Assembly: GCA_965113315.1 (NCBI GenBank)
Contig: OZ220374.1
Direction: 5' to 3' (one strand)
DNA length: 64,000 bases
From: Podarcis vaucheri
Taxonomy: Eukaryota
Positions within the stretch are counted from its first letter, which is position 1; each line of letters opens with the position of its first letter. Positions 40,613 through 52,900 of this stretch are shown here, piece by piece. A program made the translations under genes and the position numbers. A model generated the notes under the pieces. The model was given only the letters and a program-made list of their open reading frames with translations, searched no databases and had not been told where the DNA came from.

Positions 40613-41680
40613 TCAACCTAAGGGTAAAATGTCATTTCTGCATATACGGTAAGTTCTAACTTAGATATTCCCATGAATCCATGATTTACTCCATCTGATG
40701 TTCCAGAATTAACCTGATGGACCCCTGGAACTATACAGAGAGGGCTAGAAGGCATCCCATCTACCCTTCTGTGATAGTCCTATGGCTGACCCATGCAAGC
40801 CCCATTTAAATGAATGGAGCCTGCACCACAGCAGGGCTTGGAGCTGAATCTTCACACTTCCTTCAGCCAAACCGGGCGCACATAAGGTAGCCATAATATC
40901 CAAATTAGTAAGGCAGAATGAATTTGCAATAAAAAAATGTGTATCAGCTTATGTTTATTTATAATACTATATCCACAGTAACCATAAGCTAGAATCCCCT
41001 GGAGCCAAGCGATACACTTTTATAATGCCTGTGTCTTCATTAAGATTTCATCATCCACCTACACTAAAAAGCCTCTTCCTCCACTTTGTTATATCTGCTT
41101 TTACCCGGACCCTGTCCTTGCATTATTTTTTTAATCTCCAGTTTCCTACTTTACATGCACTCTCAAATTTTAAACAAGCAAAATTTGTGCATTAGTGTGT
41201 CCTTTTCATCTATGATTTATGAATGACAGGTTCCTTGGTGCAGCTTAATGGTATGAGAGGGAGACATTATTTTAAACATTAAAGTGAAAACCATTTGCAA
41301 CTATGATAAGAGAGGTCTGTTGACATTAAAGTTTAAAATCTGCGCAAGGTAAAGGCGAGCCTCTGACCCAACAGGTGAGGGCACACCATGCGTGCCGGTT
41401 GTAAGGGAGTTTGTCCAACACATTAGCTGCCTCCTTTTCCTACTGTTTCACAACCTGTAGCATTCGGTGCATCACACAATCCATCAAGTCATGAGCAGAA
41501 ACTGGAGTTTAATCACTCAAAAAGTACTTTAGAGTGCTGTGCAGAACATTCACTTAACAGAAGCTTTATTTTATCTGTGGGATACTTTCCCCTTCCAATT
41601 GTGTCAGCAAAATGTATTTTAGAAACACAAAAGGGTGGATGTGGCTGTGCGAACGTGTGGGTTTGTTTGTCTCTCTATGC

Positions 41681-41816
41681 CAGGCATAGGCAAACTCCGG
41701 CCCTCCAGATGTTTGGGACTACAGTTCCCATCATCCCTAGCTAACAGGACCAGTGTTCAGGGATGATGGGAATTGTAGTCCCAAACATCTGGAGGGCCGG
41801 AGTTTGCCTATGCCTG
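41681..41816. mobile_element. Palindromic hAT MITE, same family as 18695
   Basis: CAGGCATAGGCAAACTCCGGCCCTCCAGATGTTTGGGACTAC mirrored at the other end; degenerate TSD CTCTATGC/GTCTATGT. Confidence 0.92.
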
Positions 41817-41883
41817 GTCTATGTAGATCACATAATATATATATGATGTGTGTGAAAGAGAGAGGAAGAGAGATGAAGAGGAA

Positions 41884-41884
<1 letters not shown>

Positions 41885-41940
<56 letters not shown>

Positions 41941-42080
41941 TTGTACCCCACCCATTTGATTGGGTTTGCCCCAGCCTCTCTGGGCGGCTTCCAACAGAAT
42001 ACACGAAAACATAACAAACATAACAACATAACGAAAACATAACAAAACATCAATACAGGGCTGACTTCAGATGTCTATGG
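41885..42080 (-). mobile_element. L2 3' end with expanded (TAA)n tail
   Basis: (TTA)n at 41885-41940 followed by the reverse complement of the L2 3' UTR (CTCTGGGCGGCTTCCAACA, ACAGGGCTGACTTCAGATGTCT). Confidence 0.8.
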
Positions 42081-42814
42081 AAGGTCGTAAAATTGCTTAT
42101 CTGAATACATATATACGATGTGCACCCCACATCATAAAATGCTAAATGGTGTAATATCTGAGCTATTTGTTACATGATCTTCTGCTCTTATTTATATGCT
42201 CGAAACTGACTACTCTGCAAAAACCTCTGTCTGCCCTGGCTGCTCTGCCACTTTGCAGGAAGGCAGCCTTTAGTTGCAGCAATATGTGCCCAGGGTTAAC
42301 TGGGGAAAATTAAGAAACAAATTTAAAACCCAGAGGAGAAGATCTCAATTCAGATTAACCCCTGATGTTCCAGAGGCCTCTAACTGGCTGGATCCTTCTC
42401 TGCCCCACATCTACAAGGTGCAGGTCATCTCATGATATGGGTCCCTAATTTTCCCTCCTGTTGCATTTAAGTTCATTCTTCTGTTGCCCCTTCCCTGACA
42501 TTTAATCTATCATCTTATTTCCAACTGTTTCCAGCTAAATTTTGGATACACTCTCACAAAAGGGACACAATGTTTCTACATCCTCTGAATGTTCTCAAAT
42601 GTTTTTATAAGTGGCTTTCATATTGTTTTGAAATGTATTTTTTTTTAATAGGTCATTTTGACTTTTTGATGTTTCCTGCTCTGGGGAAGAAACGTGATAA
42701 TTAAAATATAAATGAATGAATGAAGGTGATGGCCTTCCCCAGATGTTTATCTGTAGCTGCTAGTACTCAGGGTAATGCTGAAAATAAGGTTCCATTTATC
42801 TGTTTTGCTATATA

Positions 42815-43548
42815 CCGTATTTTTCACTCTATAACACGCACCCGACCATAACACGCACATAGTTTTTAGAGGAGGAAAACAAGGAAAAAATTATTCTAAA
42901 CGAAACAGTGGGTGTATGATTTTTGTGGTTCATGCTGTGGCCACAGACATGTGATCTGACAGTGAGTTTGGAGTAGCCCAATGCAAAAATCCTGAGGATC
43001 CATGTGGATCCATGCTTTGTAACCACATTTTTGCACCACTGCGGCCCCAGGCAACAGTGGGTGCGTGATTTTTTTGTTGCAAGAGGTAGCCATGGACATG
43101 CTATGTGATCTGATGGTGAATTTGGGGTGACCCAGTGCAAAAATCCTGAGGATCCATGTGGATCCGTGCTTTGTAACCACGTTTTAAGTGGGGAGGGAAG
43201 GAAAAGCACTCAAGGGACAAGGAGCACGCATGGGGTGTGTGGAGAAGGATGCTGCTAATAATGAAGAAGAGGGGTATAAGGGGAGAAGGCGCCTCTCCTC
43301 TCCCGCTTTGCTCCTTTAAAGAAGCAGGCTCTCTGTCCCTCTCTCCTCCCCACTCAGCGGCTCTTCTCCCGCTTTGCTGTTTCAAAGTGAGCCACAGAGG
43401 AGGGAAGGAAGGGGAACCATGGATCCTCTGCTCACGACTGCAGCAGTTCTCCCCCGCCACCCATAGGCATTCGCTCCATAACACGCACAGACATTTCCCC
43501 TTACTTTCTAGGAGGAAAAAAGTGAGTGTTATGGTGCAAAAAATACGG
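42815..43548. mobile_element. Non-autonomous Tc1/mariner (Tc2/pogo-like) element with internal duplication
   Basis: TA|CCGTATTTTTCACTCTATAACAC...GTGTTATGGTGCAAAAAATACGG|TA; internal repeat near 42950-43030 and 43104-43183. Confidence 0.88.
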
Positions 43549-44537
43549 TATTTCCTTTACGACTGTCATCATTGGGTTGTTGTTGTTGTTTTAAATATAA
43601 TTTAATCTAGTGGGCATTATGGTATATTATGACAACAAATTTCATACATGTACTACGTTTTATTTCTGGTGCTGTGATATTTTTATTGTATGTTTTAATA
43701 GATATTTCTGTCTCTCTCTCACACATAACTGTTTAATTGTGGGTTGTTTTTTTTTAAAAAAATTGCTTCTTCCCAATGTTTTTCACTGTTTCTAGGCTTT
43801 ATCATTCCATGCCAAACCACCTGGTGCCATGTGCTCTCATGACTCAGATTTTCTTCAAAATTTTTTATGTGTAGATACTATGAAATAAACTCAAATTAAT
43901 TTTTTAAATTTTTTCATCCAAAATTGGGTGCAGGAGAAATTTTTTAAAATTTTGATTTTCACACAGTTAGGCTAATGCAATTTCTGTGTGAGTTTAGAAG
44001 AAACAAGGGATCCGAGACGTATTTTGTTTTTATTAAATAATTAATAAAACTTTAAAAAAATATTTTATTACCACAAAAAACACCCTTCTTATTTTTAAAG
44101 CATAACAAGTTCATGGTTAGCCCATCCTACAAAAAAAGTATGATACATATTGTTAGTTGTGGTTTGCGTGCTATGGCTTATCGAACCTACCAAGGTACAA
44201 AATGACTAAAATTCACTTTGAATGGTCAGTGACCCTTTTCTGTGGCACTCAATACCATATTTATACCTTATTTTGAAAGAGACCAATATTAGCTTTATTT
44301 TTATACCCAAATAAGCCCAATTGGTTGAAAAATAAGCGAATCAGGAGGTTTTTTCCCCTAAACTGACACAGAAATTGCATTAACCTAAATCGTGCGAAAA
44401 TCGAAATTTGTGAAAATTTCTCCTGCGCCCAATTTTGGACCAAAAAATCTTTGAAAATGAATTTGAGGTTATCTCATGGGTATCTACACAGAAAATGTTT
44501 TTGAAGAAAATCTAAGTCGTGAGAGCACGGTCGAGTA

Positions 44538-45200
44538 CAGTCCGGAACCCCGGACGCTCAATGAAAGGGATGTCAGGAAAAAGCAGCAATGCAAAAGCCA
44601 GCTGCAGGTGGCTGGAATGCAAAACAGGATGTTGATGTTTGGGACTGTACTATTGGAACAAAGGGGCAGTCTATTCTCTGTACTGAGCACCGGATGTTAG
44701 CTCAGAGTGTCATCTGACCTGTACTGGAAGTACAGGGGCGGAGTTGTGACTCTACTGCTGGAGTCTGGTGGGTACAGACACGTTTCTCTGTACTGCTGAA
44801 TGACAGGAATAAAAGACATGTAAATAGGACTCCTGTCTGTCTCTTTTCCCCTCCCTGGGGAATGCAGGGAGGGAGAGGAGGAGGGTGTGTTCTTCTCACG
44901 TTTGAGGAGGATCGCCGATTTATGGCCTTGCCTGTGCCCTGCCGGGAGACGCAGTGGCGAAGGTCAACAAAGATCTCAGCTGATTGCCTGGAGTGTGAGG
45001 CCAGTTACCTCTGACTGCGGCCGAGATTCCTGACAAGGGACGCTCGGTAAAGAGCCGCTCTGTGCATGCGCATTGTGCGATTTAGCGCTTCTGCGTGTGT
45101 GGCAAACCCGGAAGTAACCCATTCCGCTACTTCCAGGTTTGCTGCGGATGTTCGACGAAATGGACCCTAAACGGGGCGGACTCAAAACAAGGTACGACTG
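44538..45200. mobile_element. Tc1/mariner MITE interrupted by a solo LTR
   Basis: TA|CAGTC...AAGGTACGACTG|TA; right end matches the CAGTCGTACCT TIR family, left end is degenerate. Confidence 0.7.
44571..45035 (+). mobile_element. Solo LTR, 465 bp
   Basis: TGTCAGGAA...TTCCTGACA inverted termini, perfect 5-bp TSD AGGGA, GC box GGGGCGGAG, AATAAA at 44808-44813. Confidence 0.88.
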
Positions 45201-45462
45201 TATTGAAATTAGGACATTTGACATGGGATGACCCTAATAGCTTACCCTCTTGTGTATGCACAGTGGGGGGGGGGGCAAATACGACCCAGGAACAGAGAGG
45301 CAACACTGTCAGGGAACTGCCATCGGAACAGGGAAAGGAGGTAGAGGGGACGTTGGGATACAGGGATCCTCCGAAAGTCCCTCTTCCTGCAGTGGGGAAA
45401 GCCACGCCTCCAGTGGGGAAGAGGGGGAGGGGTCAGGGGATGCTACTGGGAGCCCCAGCACT

Positions 45463-45715
45463 GGAGAGCCAGTGTGGTGTAGTGGTTAAGAGCGGTAGTC
45501 TCGTAATCTGGTGAACCGGGTTCGCATCTCTGCTCCTCCACCTGCAGCTGCTGGGTGACCTTGGGCCAGTCACACTTCTTTGAAGTCTCTCAGCCCTACT
45601 CACCTCACAGAGTGTTTGTTGTGGGGGAGGAAGGGAAAGGAGAATGTTAGCCACTTTGAGACTCCTGAAGGGGAGTGAAAGGCGGGATATCAAATCCAAA
45701 CTCTTCTTCTCTTCT
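45463..45715 (+). mobile_element. Squam3-type tRNA SINE
   Basis: GGAGAGCCAGTGTGGTGTAGTGGTTAAGAGC head, GGGTTCGC B box, CORE-like GGGTGACCTTGGGC, (CTT) tail. Confidence 0.9.
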
Positions 45716-45949
45716 CCTGGTCAAGCCGGCCAGGAGGGAAGCACGCCTCTTCCGTTGCCCACCTTGCGCAGAGGGGTCAAGCGCAAAGAAGGAAGGAAAA
45801 GGCTGGGGGTGACAAAGTTCTTATGTTGGGGACAAAACCGGAAAAAGCCACTCCCGGATTCTGCTAGCGATTGAGGCAGACATGAACTTTGGGGTTCCGC
45901 CCTGCAAATAGTTTTTGCACCAAATAAAACCTGTAAAAGACAGGTGGTT

Positions 45950-46175
45950 ATTCCACCTAAACATTAGGAAGAACTTCCTGACAGTAAGCGCTGTTCGTCA
46001 GTGGAATTTGCTGCCAAGGAGTGTGGTGGAGTCTCTTTCTTTGGAGGTCTTTAAGCAGAGGCTTGACAACCATATGTCAGGAGTGCTCTGATGGTGTTTC
46101 CTGCTTGGCAGGGGGTTGGACTCGATGGCCCTTGTGGTCTCTTCCAACTCTATGATTCTATGATTCTATGATTCT
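45950..46175 (+). mobile_element. CR1 LINE 3' fragment
   Basis: Nearly identical to the 3' part of 57969-58492; (ATTCTATG)n tail. Confidence 0.93.
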
Positions 46176-47681
46176 ACTCGTGAGCAACCACTATTGCCAT
46201 CTGACACAACACATTTCAACTGCAAGAACGGAGGGAAAGAAATGTTCTGCACCTGGAATGGCCCTGACAGGGATGTGGAAAGGGGAGGATGGTCTCTGCT
46301 CCAGACTCCTGTGGTGTGGATGTAACCATGGAGGTCCAGCGTAAGCACTGTGGCCCATTCTGCCGCTTGAGGTGAAATGGGAAGTGCCGCCTTGCCCTGC
46401 CTGATTGGAGCAAGATTTTGCCGAAATCGGCACTGACACCGGGACTGCTTCTGCAATGGCGTGGCAGGTGGCAGGGCAGGTGGGGCACCCAAGGAGCTGC
46501 TGCCACCTGAAGCAGCCGCCTTGCCCTGCCTATGAGCTGACTTGGTTCTTGCATATTAAGGTCACAAAAAACCCTCTTCAAGGTCAGGAATTTCCCACCC
46601 AAAACACATAAGGCACACCAACATAATTAGGAAGGCTAATACTCAACTGGTCTGAACCAATAGGTCTGAACTAAACTTGAGCTATAACATGTGCTGTTAG
46701 AGTTTCAGTGGCCCAAAGGAATGGAAGTAATGAATTTCCTTTTTGAATTCCAGATACTGTTTTTGTATTTGCAAAAGTTTGGTGTGTCAAAACCGACCAA
46801 CGAAATGAATTTCCAATGTCTCTGTCAGGTATCTCAGTCAACTACTGTAAATCTGAATTCCTCTTAAAAAAATTACGACCTAAAACTGAAAAATTAATTT
46901 ATTTTATGTCTAAAATTACAATACGTGCCAAAATAATTGAATATTTAAAAATTCATATGTTTGCATTTATATGCAAAGTTATTTTAAATGAATTATAATC
47001 CAATTACACGGAAATTAGAAACATACTTAAAAACATACAAAAAACCAAAAATCTCTCAATTTTGAGGAGAACAGCTACAATTCAAATGTTGTTTCTAGCA
47101 AGTTTTCTATTTTTATTTCAAACTTTACAAATCCTTCTTTCTGAAAATTTTTTGAATAAATGGCAGTAGTGGATTTTATTCTGTCCCTAAAAAAAAAAAA
47201 AAAGCTAGACTAAATTAATCCTTTTGTTCCACAGAGCTCAACCTGATGATGAGGTATACCATATATATAATTTATATAAATTATAAATATATAAATTATA
47301 TTCCGCCCTATATCCAGAGGTCTCAGGGCGGCTCACAGAACAAAACCAGAAGACAAATCCACAAAATATATAATCAAAATAAAAACAACACTACAACAAA
47401 ATAAAAACTACTCTGTACCCTATAATCAATGGGGGACCAAATTAACACTGGGTAGACACTGAAATCAGACTTTCTAAACATCTCTTGTTACAAGCTCTTC
47501 CATTTAAGAACTTTAAACCAAATCTACTGAACTCAGTCTACATGCCTATTTTATAGTTTTGTTTTTCATCTTTTAATTGCCTTCTGTTGTTATGATTGTT
47601 CACTCGGTTTTATATACATTATAAAATGAAACAATGAAAAAAACAATGGGAAAAGGAAATGGAATTTCCAATGCGATTTAC

Positions 47682-47910
47682 CTTGTAGATTTTGCAACGG
47701 CAAAGTCATGATGCCTCCTGCTGCAGCTGCGGCCACCAGCCCTTGGATGTTGGTGAGATTAGCGGTAGGCAAAGTCAAGACCAGTCCTTGCTGGCCCCCC
47801 AACTGACCCGCCATGTTGAAAGGAATAAGGATAGGTTGATTCAGTGCTGGCGTGCCTCCCGGCATCACCCCTGCGACAGCTGAGGCTAGCTGCTGCGCCG
47901 TCAGTAGTGG
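47682..47910 (-). CDS. POU6F2: POU6F2 internal coding exon, 229 nt, phase 0 to phase 1
   Basis: Minus strand reads ctcctttcAG|CCA CTA CTG...AAT CTA CAA G|GTaaat and translates to PLLTAQQLASAVAGVMPGGTPALNQPILIPFNMAGQLGGQQGLVLTLPTANLTNIQGLVAAAAAGGIMTLPLQNLQ, nearly identical to mammalian POU6F2. It is the core of ORF 47590..47961. Confidence 0.97.
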
Positions 47911-48067
47911 CTGAAAGGAGACGTAATGATCAAATTTTAACATGTAACAAAATAAAGGCACAACAGCACGGCTGCAGTGGTTTCACTAGAGCAGCCTCCC
48001 CCCGACCTGGTGCCCCCCAAGATGTTGTTGGACAACTCCCATCAGCCTCAGCCAGCACAGCCAACCT

Positions 48068-48232
48068 TCAGAATCATAGAATCATAGAACTGTAGAGTTG
48101 GAAGGGACCCCCAAGGATCATCTAGTCCAACTCCCTGCAACACAGGAATATGCAGCTGGTCCATACAGGGATTGAACCTGCAACCTTGGTGTTCTCAGCA
48201 CCATGGTCTAACCAACTGAGCTATCCAGGCCT
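48068..48232 (-). mobile_element. tRNA-derived SINE with CR1-like tail
   Basis: Reverse complement of the 9551-9700 family; (CATAGAAT)n tail; AACCAACTGAGCTATCCAGG head. Confidence 0.8.
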
Positions 48233-49170
48233 GACAGGAGTTGCCTGTCGAGGTCCCCAAGCCAGCCCAATAAAATACAATTGACACTTGATTTTAGTTT
48301 AAGGATTTTGGCATAATTTTGGCCACAACTTTATTAAAATTACAAACAATGTGAGTGGTTGCTTAGGCATTGGTTGCGACTATCTGACCCCGCACGGGGA
48401 CAGACTGACATTCGCACGTCCGCAAAGTCAGAAAGGGAAAACATTTTGGGAAGAGAGACGGAGCTGGGAACCATGCCTAACCTCTCCCCAAATGCTCCCA
48501 GGGGCTCTTGCGTGGCCCTAGCCCCTTGACAGGTGTTCGGACAAAAGCATGGCAAACCCCTGGATTCCTTTAACAGAATTCCTTTGCAGCAGCAGCAGCA
48601 TTGTGGAGGGGCAGGCACAGCCAATCCATGCCCCTCCACCAACCAGTCTCTAAACCAATGCCTAACCGCAACCTTACAAGTTGTGACAATTTGCTACGCA
48701 GTAGGCAAAAACCAAATGGCACCAGCCAAATGGACAAAATTCCTACCGGGCCCCTGCCCCAAAAGCAGACGACCCCATGACAGGTATAGTAAGGTCAATG
48801 CGAACAACCTGAAAATAGGGAGGGAGGGTGATCCAATGTGCGCAGCGAAAAGAGAAAGCTCAACGCTGCACACAGGGTATTTAAAGGCTATGGCTGTCAA
48901 TCACAAAATGGCAACATTCAAATCTCCCCAGCACATGTTAATGGTGGCCAAAGCAACAGTGGGTGTCTTGCTAGCCCCCACCGCAACACGTGCTCTCCAT
49001 GAAGGAGAAGATGCTTTGTAGTCTAAAAGCTCTGGTGGACACCATGTTGTGCAAACTGACCCAGAGCCTGTGACTTACTTCTGATTTGTTTTCGATTTCT
49101 GACTACAATCACGGGGCGTGGGGCGTGTGTACTAGGCCAGCAACATTTAGAAATGCTGGATTATTTAGAT

Positions 49171-49365
49171 CAGGCATGTCCAACTCCCAAGAGACTGCAA
49201 TCTACTCATAGTATAAAAAGACCGGCTGTGATCTACCCACTGTCATTGCCAAGAGTTGTTGAGTTTTTTTAGGGGAGGGTTGGCCAAAGGCAATCACTAA
49301 ACTTCAAACCTGGGACACCCAAGCGATTTACTGGTAGATCACGATCTACCTGTTGGACATGTCTG
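49171..49365. mobile_element. hAT MITE
   Basis: TIR CAGGCATGTCCAAC/GTTGGACATGTCTG with perfect 8-bp TSD ATTTAGAT. Confidence 0.9.
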
Positions 49366-52079
49366 ATTTAGATTAACTAGTTAAAAACACTTTTGATTGA
49401 CTGAAAAAAGGTGTCCCAATCAGCCAGCAGTTGTAGATACAGATGATATGGATACAGATATAGATACAGACATTCTTCTTCACTGTGATTAAAAAATATA
49501 GCTGGCAAGTGCCTTCTCAAAAGAGGTATTCTCTCTTTTCCATTACGTTGGGAGGAACGCCTCTTCTAAGACGATGCCTCCCACAAGAAATTTATGTGCC
49601 GTCTAAAAACAAAGGAAAAAATGCTTCTGGCATCAGAAACATTGTTTTTACCCACATGCAAGTTTCGCTGATTAATCAACTAAAAGTAATATGAACAATC
49701 AATTTCAATTGATTAATTTGCAGCGAGTTTATATAATAATTTATGAAAGGAAAAAATCAGTGCCTGAGAGCTTTCTCAGGCAAAGCCTTCTAGAGAAGCT
49801 GTTGCTGCACTACAACTTTATTGTGCAAACAGGCTTCCAAGTAAATATTTTGTACTCCATGTGGTCATTGGCCAAATGGGGGCCCCATTGTTTGCCCCAC
49901 TGGCCTGAGAGGTTCCAAACCCCTGCTGAAAACACTTACTGTAGGTACCCAATAATATTTTAAAATGCAGTAGCTATTTGCCAAATTTGGTGATAATTAA
50001 AGCCTTTAAGATTTGTAAATCACTTTTCAAACAAAATGCTTCCCAAAGCGGTTTAGACACATCCAGCATACCAGTAAACCCAACATGACCTAACAACCAA
50101 AAATAAGTTTGTTGGCCTGGTTTTTTATACTAACATTCCTTCAATCATATTCTCAAGGTGGTTTTCAAAAGAACAAAGCAATTAAAATGTAAATACAGGG
50201 CTGTTCTTTGTGTTTGCTTTTTGCAGAGGTATTCTGCAACAGTAATAGTGGAATAATAGTGCATTTGTACGGAACATCATTCCACTTTATTAGTTGCTTC
50301 CCCAATATGAGCACATTATGGCCACTTAAGAGGACCGCTCCTGCACTGCTGTGCAACAGAAGTGGCCTAGAAAATAAATTGGAACATCTGTGGCATAAAC
50401 AGTTACAGGATTTCAGCAGGAAATTACAGGACTCGTATTTATTGGAAACAAAGAAGTATGTCCGCTCCTAAACATTTGCAGGTGCAAACAGTACTAAAAG
50501 TGAGATCATATATAACTGTCCCAATACAAATCATCACCAAAGCACAACAAAAAGGATATCTGGATGGACCGGCTGTTGTTGCGTAGACAAAAAATAACCA
50601 AATTTGTACCCCCCCCCCAAAAAAAGCTCAGGAGGTCAATCTATAACCCACATGGAGTTGTTGTTCCACATATACTTTTATGCTGTGAAGAGCCCTGAAA
50701 TCTACGGATGAAGGGTGGCATACAAATTTAAGAAATAAAAATAATATAGGTCTGATTTCTGGCAGTGAGGGCTGCTCTACAGGCTGTCGCTTCTTATGAG
50801 CAAGCAGATCTGTTCAGAGATCAGAGGAAGTGTGTTCCTCATTGCTGCTCTCAGTCTCTCTTTAGGAAATATAATACTCTGCTCCTTTACACTCACAAAC
50901 GCTGATTTGTTGATTTCCTCTGAATTCTTTCCAGTTTCACATCCATAGCATATACTAGACCAGGTCGGGTAATATGGACCCCACCTGTGCTCTGAGCTGC
51001 GCCATCTAGAATATAAGTATTGGTTGCTCTTGAAAGGACGGCTCGATTAAACCCAATCACCGTACATTTCCTAAGAAACAAAGCCAAACAACTCCTTTGA
51101 GCTGGCAGCCCCCAGGGGGCAGATCTGCAAAAGCTGCCAACTATAGTTCTGGGGGATGTTACTCTGACTGGCTTTGGCCCTTCCAGGTCATAGACAGAGG
51201 TCTTGAGCATCACATGCAACTTGATGGTTTTTGTAAAAAAATAAATCAATGACGCCAAGCATTGAACGTGGGACCTTCTGCATGGACAGTTTGTGTTGTA
51301 CCATTGAGCATAGGACCCTCCCCAAATATGTAAAGCTTCGTGAATCTGCATGTAATCTTTGTGCAGGGGTCATGCTCAAATTGCTGCATAGTTCAAATTT
51401 TAATACAAGTGCTGCCAAAGCAAACACAAATTCTCAGCACCTTTGTCAGACTAAAGCTCAAAGGGTTCTTAGGAGGAACTGGTGGCAGTTCAAATGGCAC
51501 CAGCTAATTTAATTCTCCTGTGGAGATATGCTCAGAAACTGGGGGCTGGAATGTCTGCCAGCTCTTCCCTAGCAGCCTGGCTCAGTCACTTTGTAAACAG
51601 AAACCCTTCAAATTTTTACTTAGCATTACAGCACAATCCACATAAATACTTGTTGGCTCCCAACTAGGATAAATGTAATTTGAAACAAGGTCTGTGCGCA
51701 ACACACACAACTGTCAAACCCAAACTGTTGAATCAAACTTACATTAAAAGTCCATTTAGCAGTTTCACATCAACTCAGGCTGTATTTAAAGCAGAAGGCT
51801 GATGTGAGGCTCCAGTAACTTAAATTAAGGAGCAAAAATCCCTAGCCCAAATCTGAAATTTGGCTTGAAAACTGTACACAGATTTCTATCTTTTTAAAAA
51901 ATGAGATGAACAAACTCTCTCACACATGCACACACACACATTTTTAAAATGTTAATTGCTAAGCATACATTTCAAACGACAGCATGCAGCCAAATAATTC
52001 TACTTTATCCATTTAGCTGATTGTTAATATTTGCTTTCAGAAAAGCAAATTTTATTTCGAGTCAATGATAGAAACTGAC

Positions 52080-52171
52080 CTGGGGCCCGACAGGGAACGC
52101 TGGATGGGATTGACTGGGTTGGTGCTGATCAGATGTGCTTGTATCAGAGAGTGCTGTGTTTCCTCTGGCTC
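52080..52171 (-). CDS. POU6F2: POU6F2 internal coding exon, 92 nt, phase 1 to phase 0
   Basis: Minus strand reads gaattccAG|GA GCC AGA GGA AAC...GTC GGG CCC CAG|GTcag and translates to (G)ARGNTALSDTSTSDQHQPSQSHPAFPVGPQ, matching human POU6F2 GARGNPALSDPGTPDQHQASQTHPPFPVGPQ as I recall it. Joins in frame to the next exon. Not in the ORF track. Confidence 0.93.
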
Positions 52172-52318
52172 CTGGAATTCAAAGAAAAAGCTCTACCTTA
52201 ATATCTAGCCTGGGGACTAGCACATTACATTTTGCTGTGATGTCACATAGCATCAAGCTGAAAATGATATGCTAAAGCGGTTTATCAATAACTCAAGCGC
52301 TCAAATCACTTATCAGCT

Positions 52319-52331
52319 GCATAAATTATGC
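52319..52331. promoter_or_regulatory. Candidate palindromic POU-domain binding site
   Basis: GCATAAATTATGC matches the class VI POU consensus GCATAAWTTAT on both strands. Confidence 0.35.
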
Positions 52332-52900
52332 TAACATTCATTCAGGCCAGCCTACTCACTCGGAGGGAGATACGGAAATCTGACAGCAGTGAAACTGAAG
52401 CCATCATCAACACAGCTAATGTGGATTGCATTATACATCCATTTACATTAAAAAAAAAATCGCACAAGCTCTCTGCAGGGGAAAGAGCCTCTCTTTTTTT
52501 TAATGCTAAAGTGAGCAACAGCTATCCTAATTTCACAGAGCAAGAATTAACTGGGCCAAAGTAAAGTGACTTCTACTGTTTATCTCTGTTAAAGAGTACA
52601 ATATCAGTAAAATATCACAGTGCAAACTAGTGGATCCAAGGCAATTGGACTTTGCACAGATGAAGAGTCAGGGTTTGGGACTAAGAGTCAGCCTAGGCTC
52701 TACAAATTTCACAGAACGAGAGACTAGAGGTACTACTTGAGACTAGAGGTAAAGGGGCTTTTAAAATTTGTTTTAATGCTCCTCCCCAGAAATGCCCCAA
52801 CAGGTAGACAATAGAGGAGCATAACAGAAAGAGGGCTAGATTACACTTTCTTACTACATGCAATGTACCATTCATTTGGGGAAGTGTTTCAATTAAGTTG

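Larger units (their letters stand above)
43802..45234. mobile_element. Long-TIR (foldback) DNA element, interrupted by nested insertions
   Basis: About 43831-44005 is the imperfect reverse complement of about 44350-44528. Termini TCATTCCATGCCAAA and TTTGACATGGGATGACCC also pair. Confidence 0.7.
45307..46206 (+). mobile_element. Solo LTR interrupted by a Squam3 SINE and a CR1 fragment
   Basis: TGTCAG...CTGACA termini, flanking direct repeat CAACAC, AATAAA near 45922. Confidence 0.7.

Noticed and set aside
47590-47961. The whole 123-aa ORF as a standalone gene
   Set aside because: Only 47682-47910 matches POU6F2 and has splice sites; the flanks are intronic read-through.
48533-49021. ORF with LQQQQH...PSTNQ resembling the POU6F2 polyQ exon
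   Set aside because: Wrong strand, lies between the two real exons, and similarity is limited to a few low-complexity residues.
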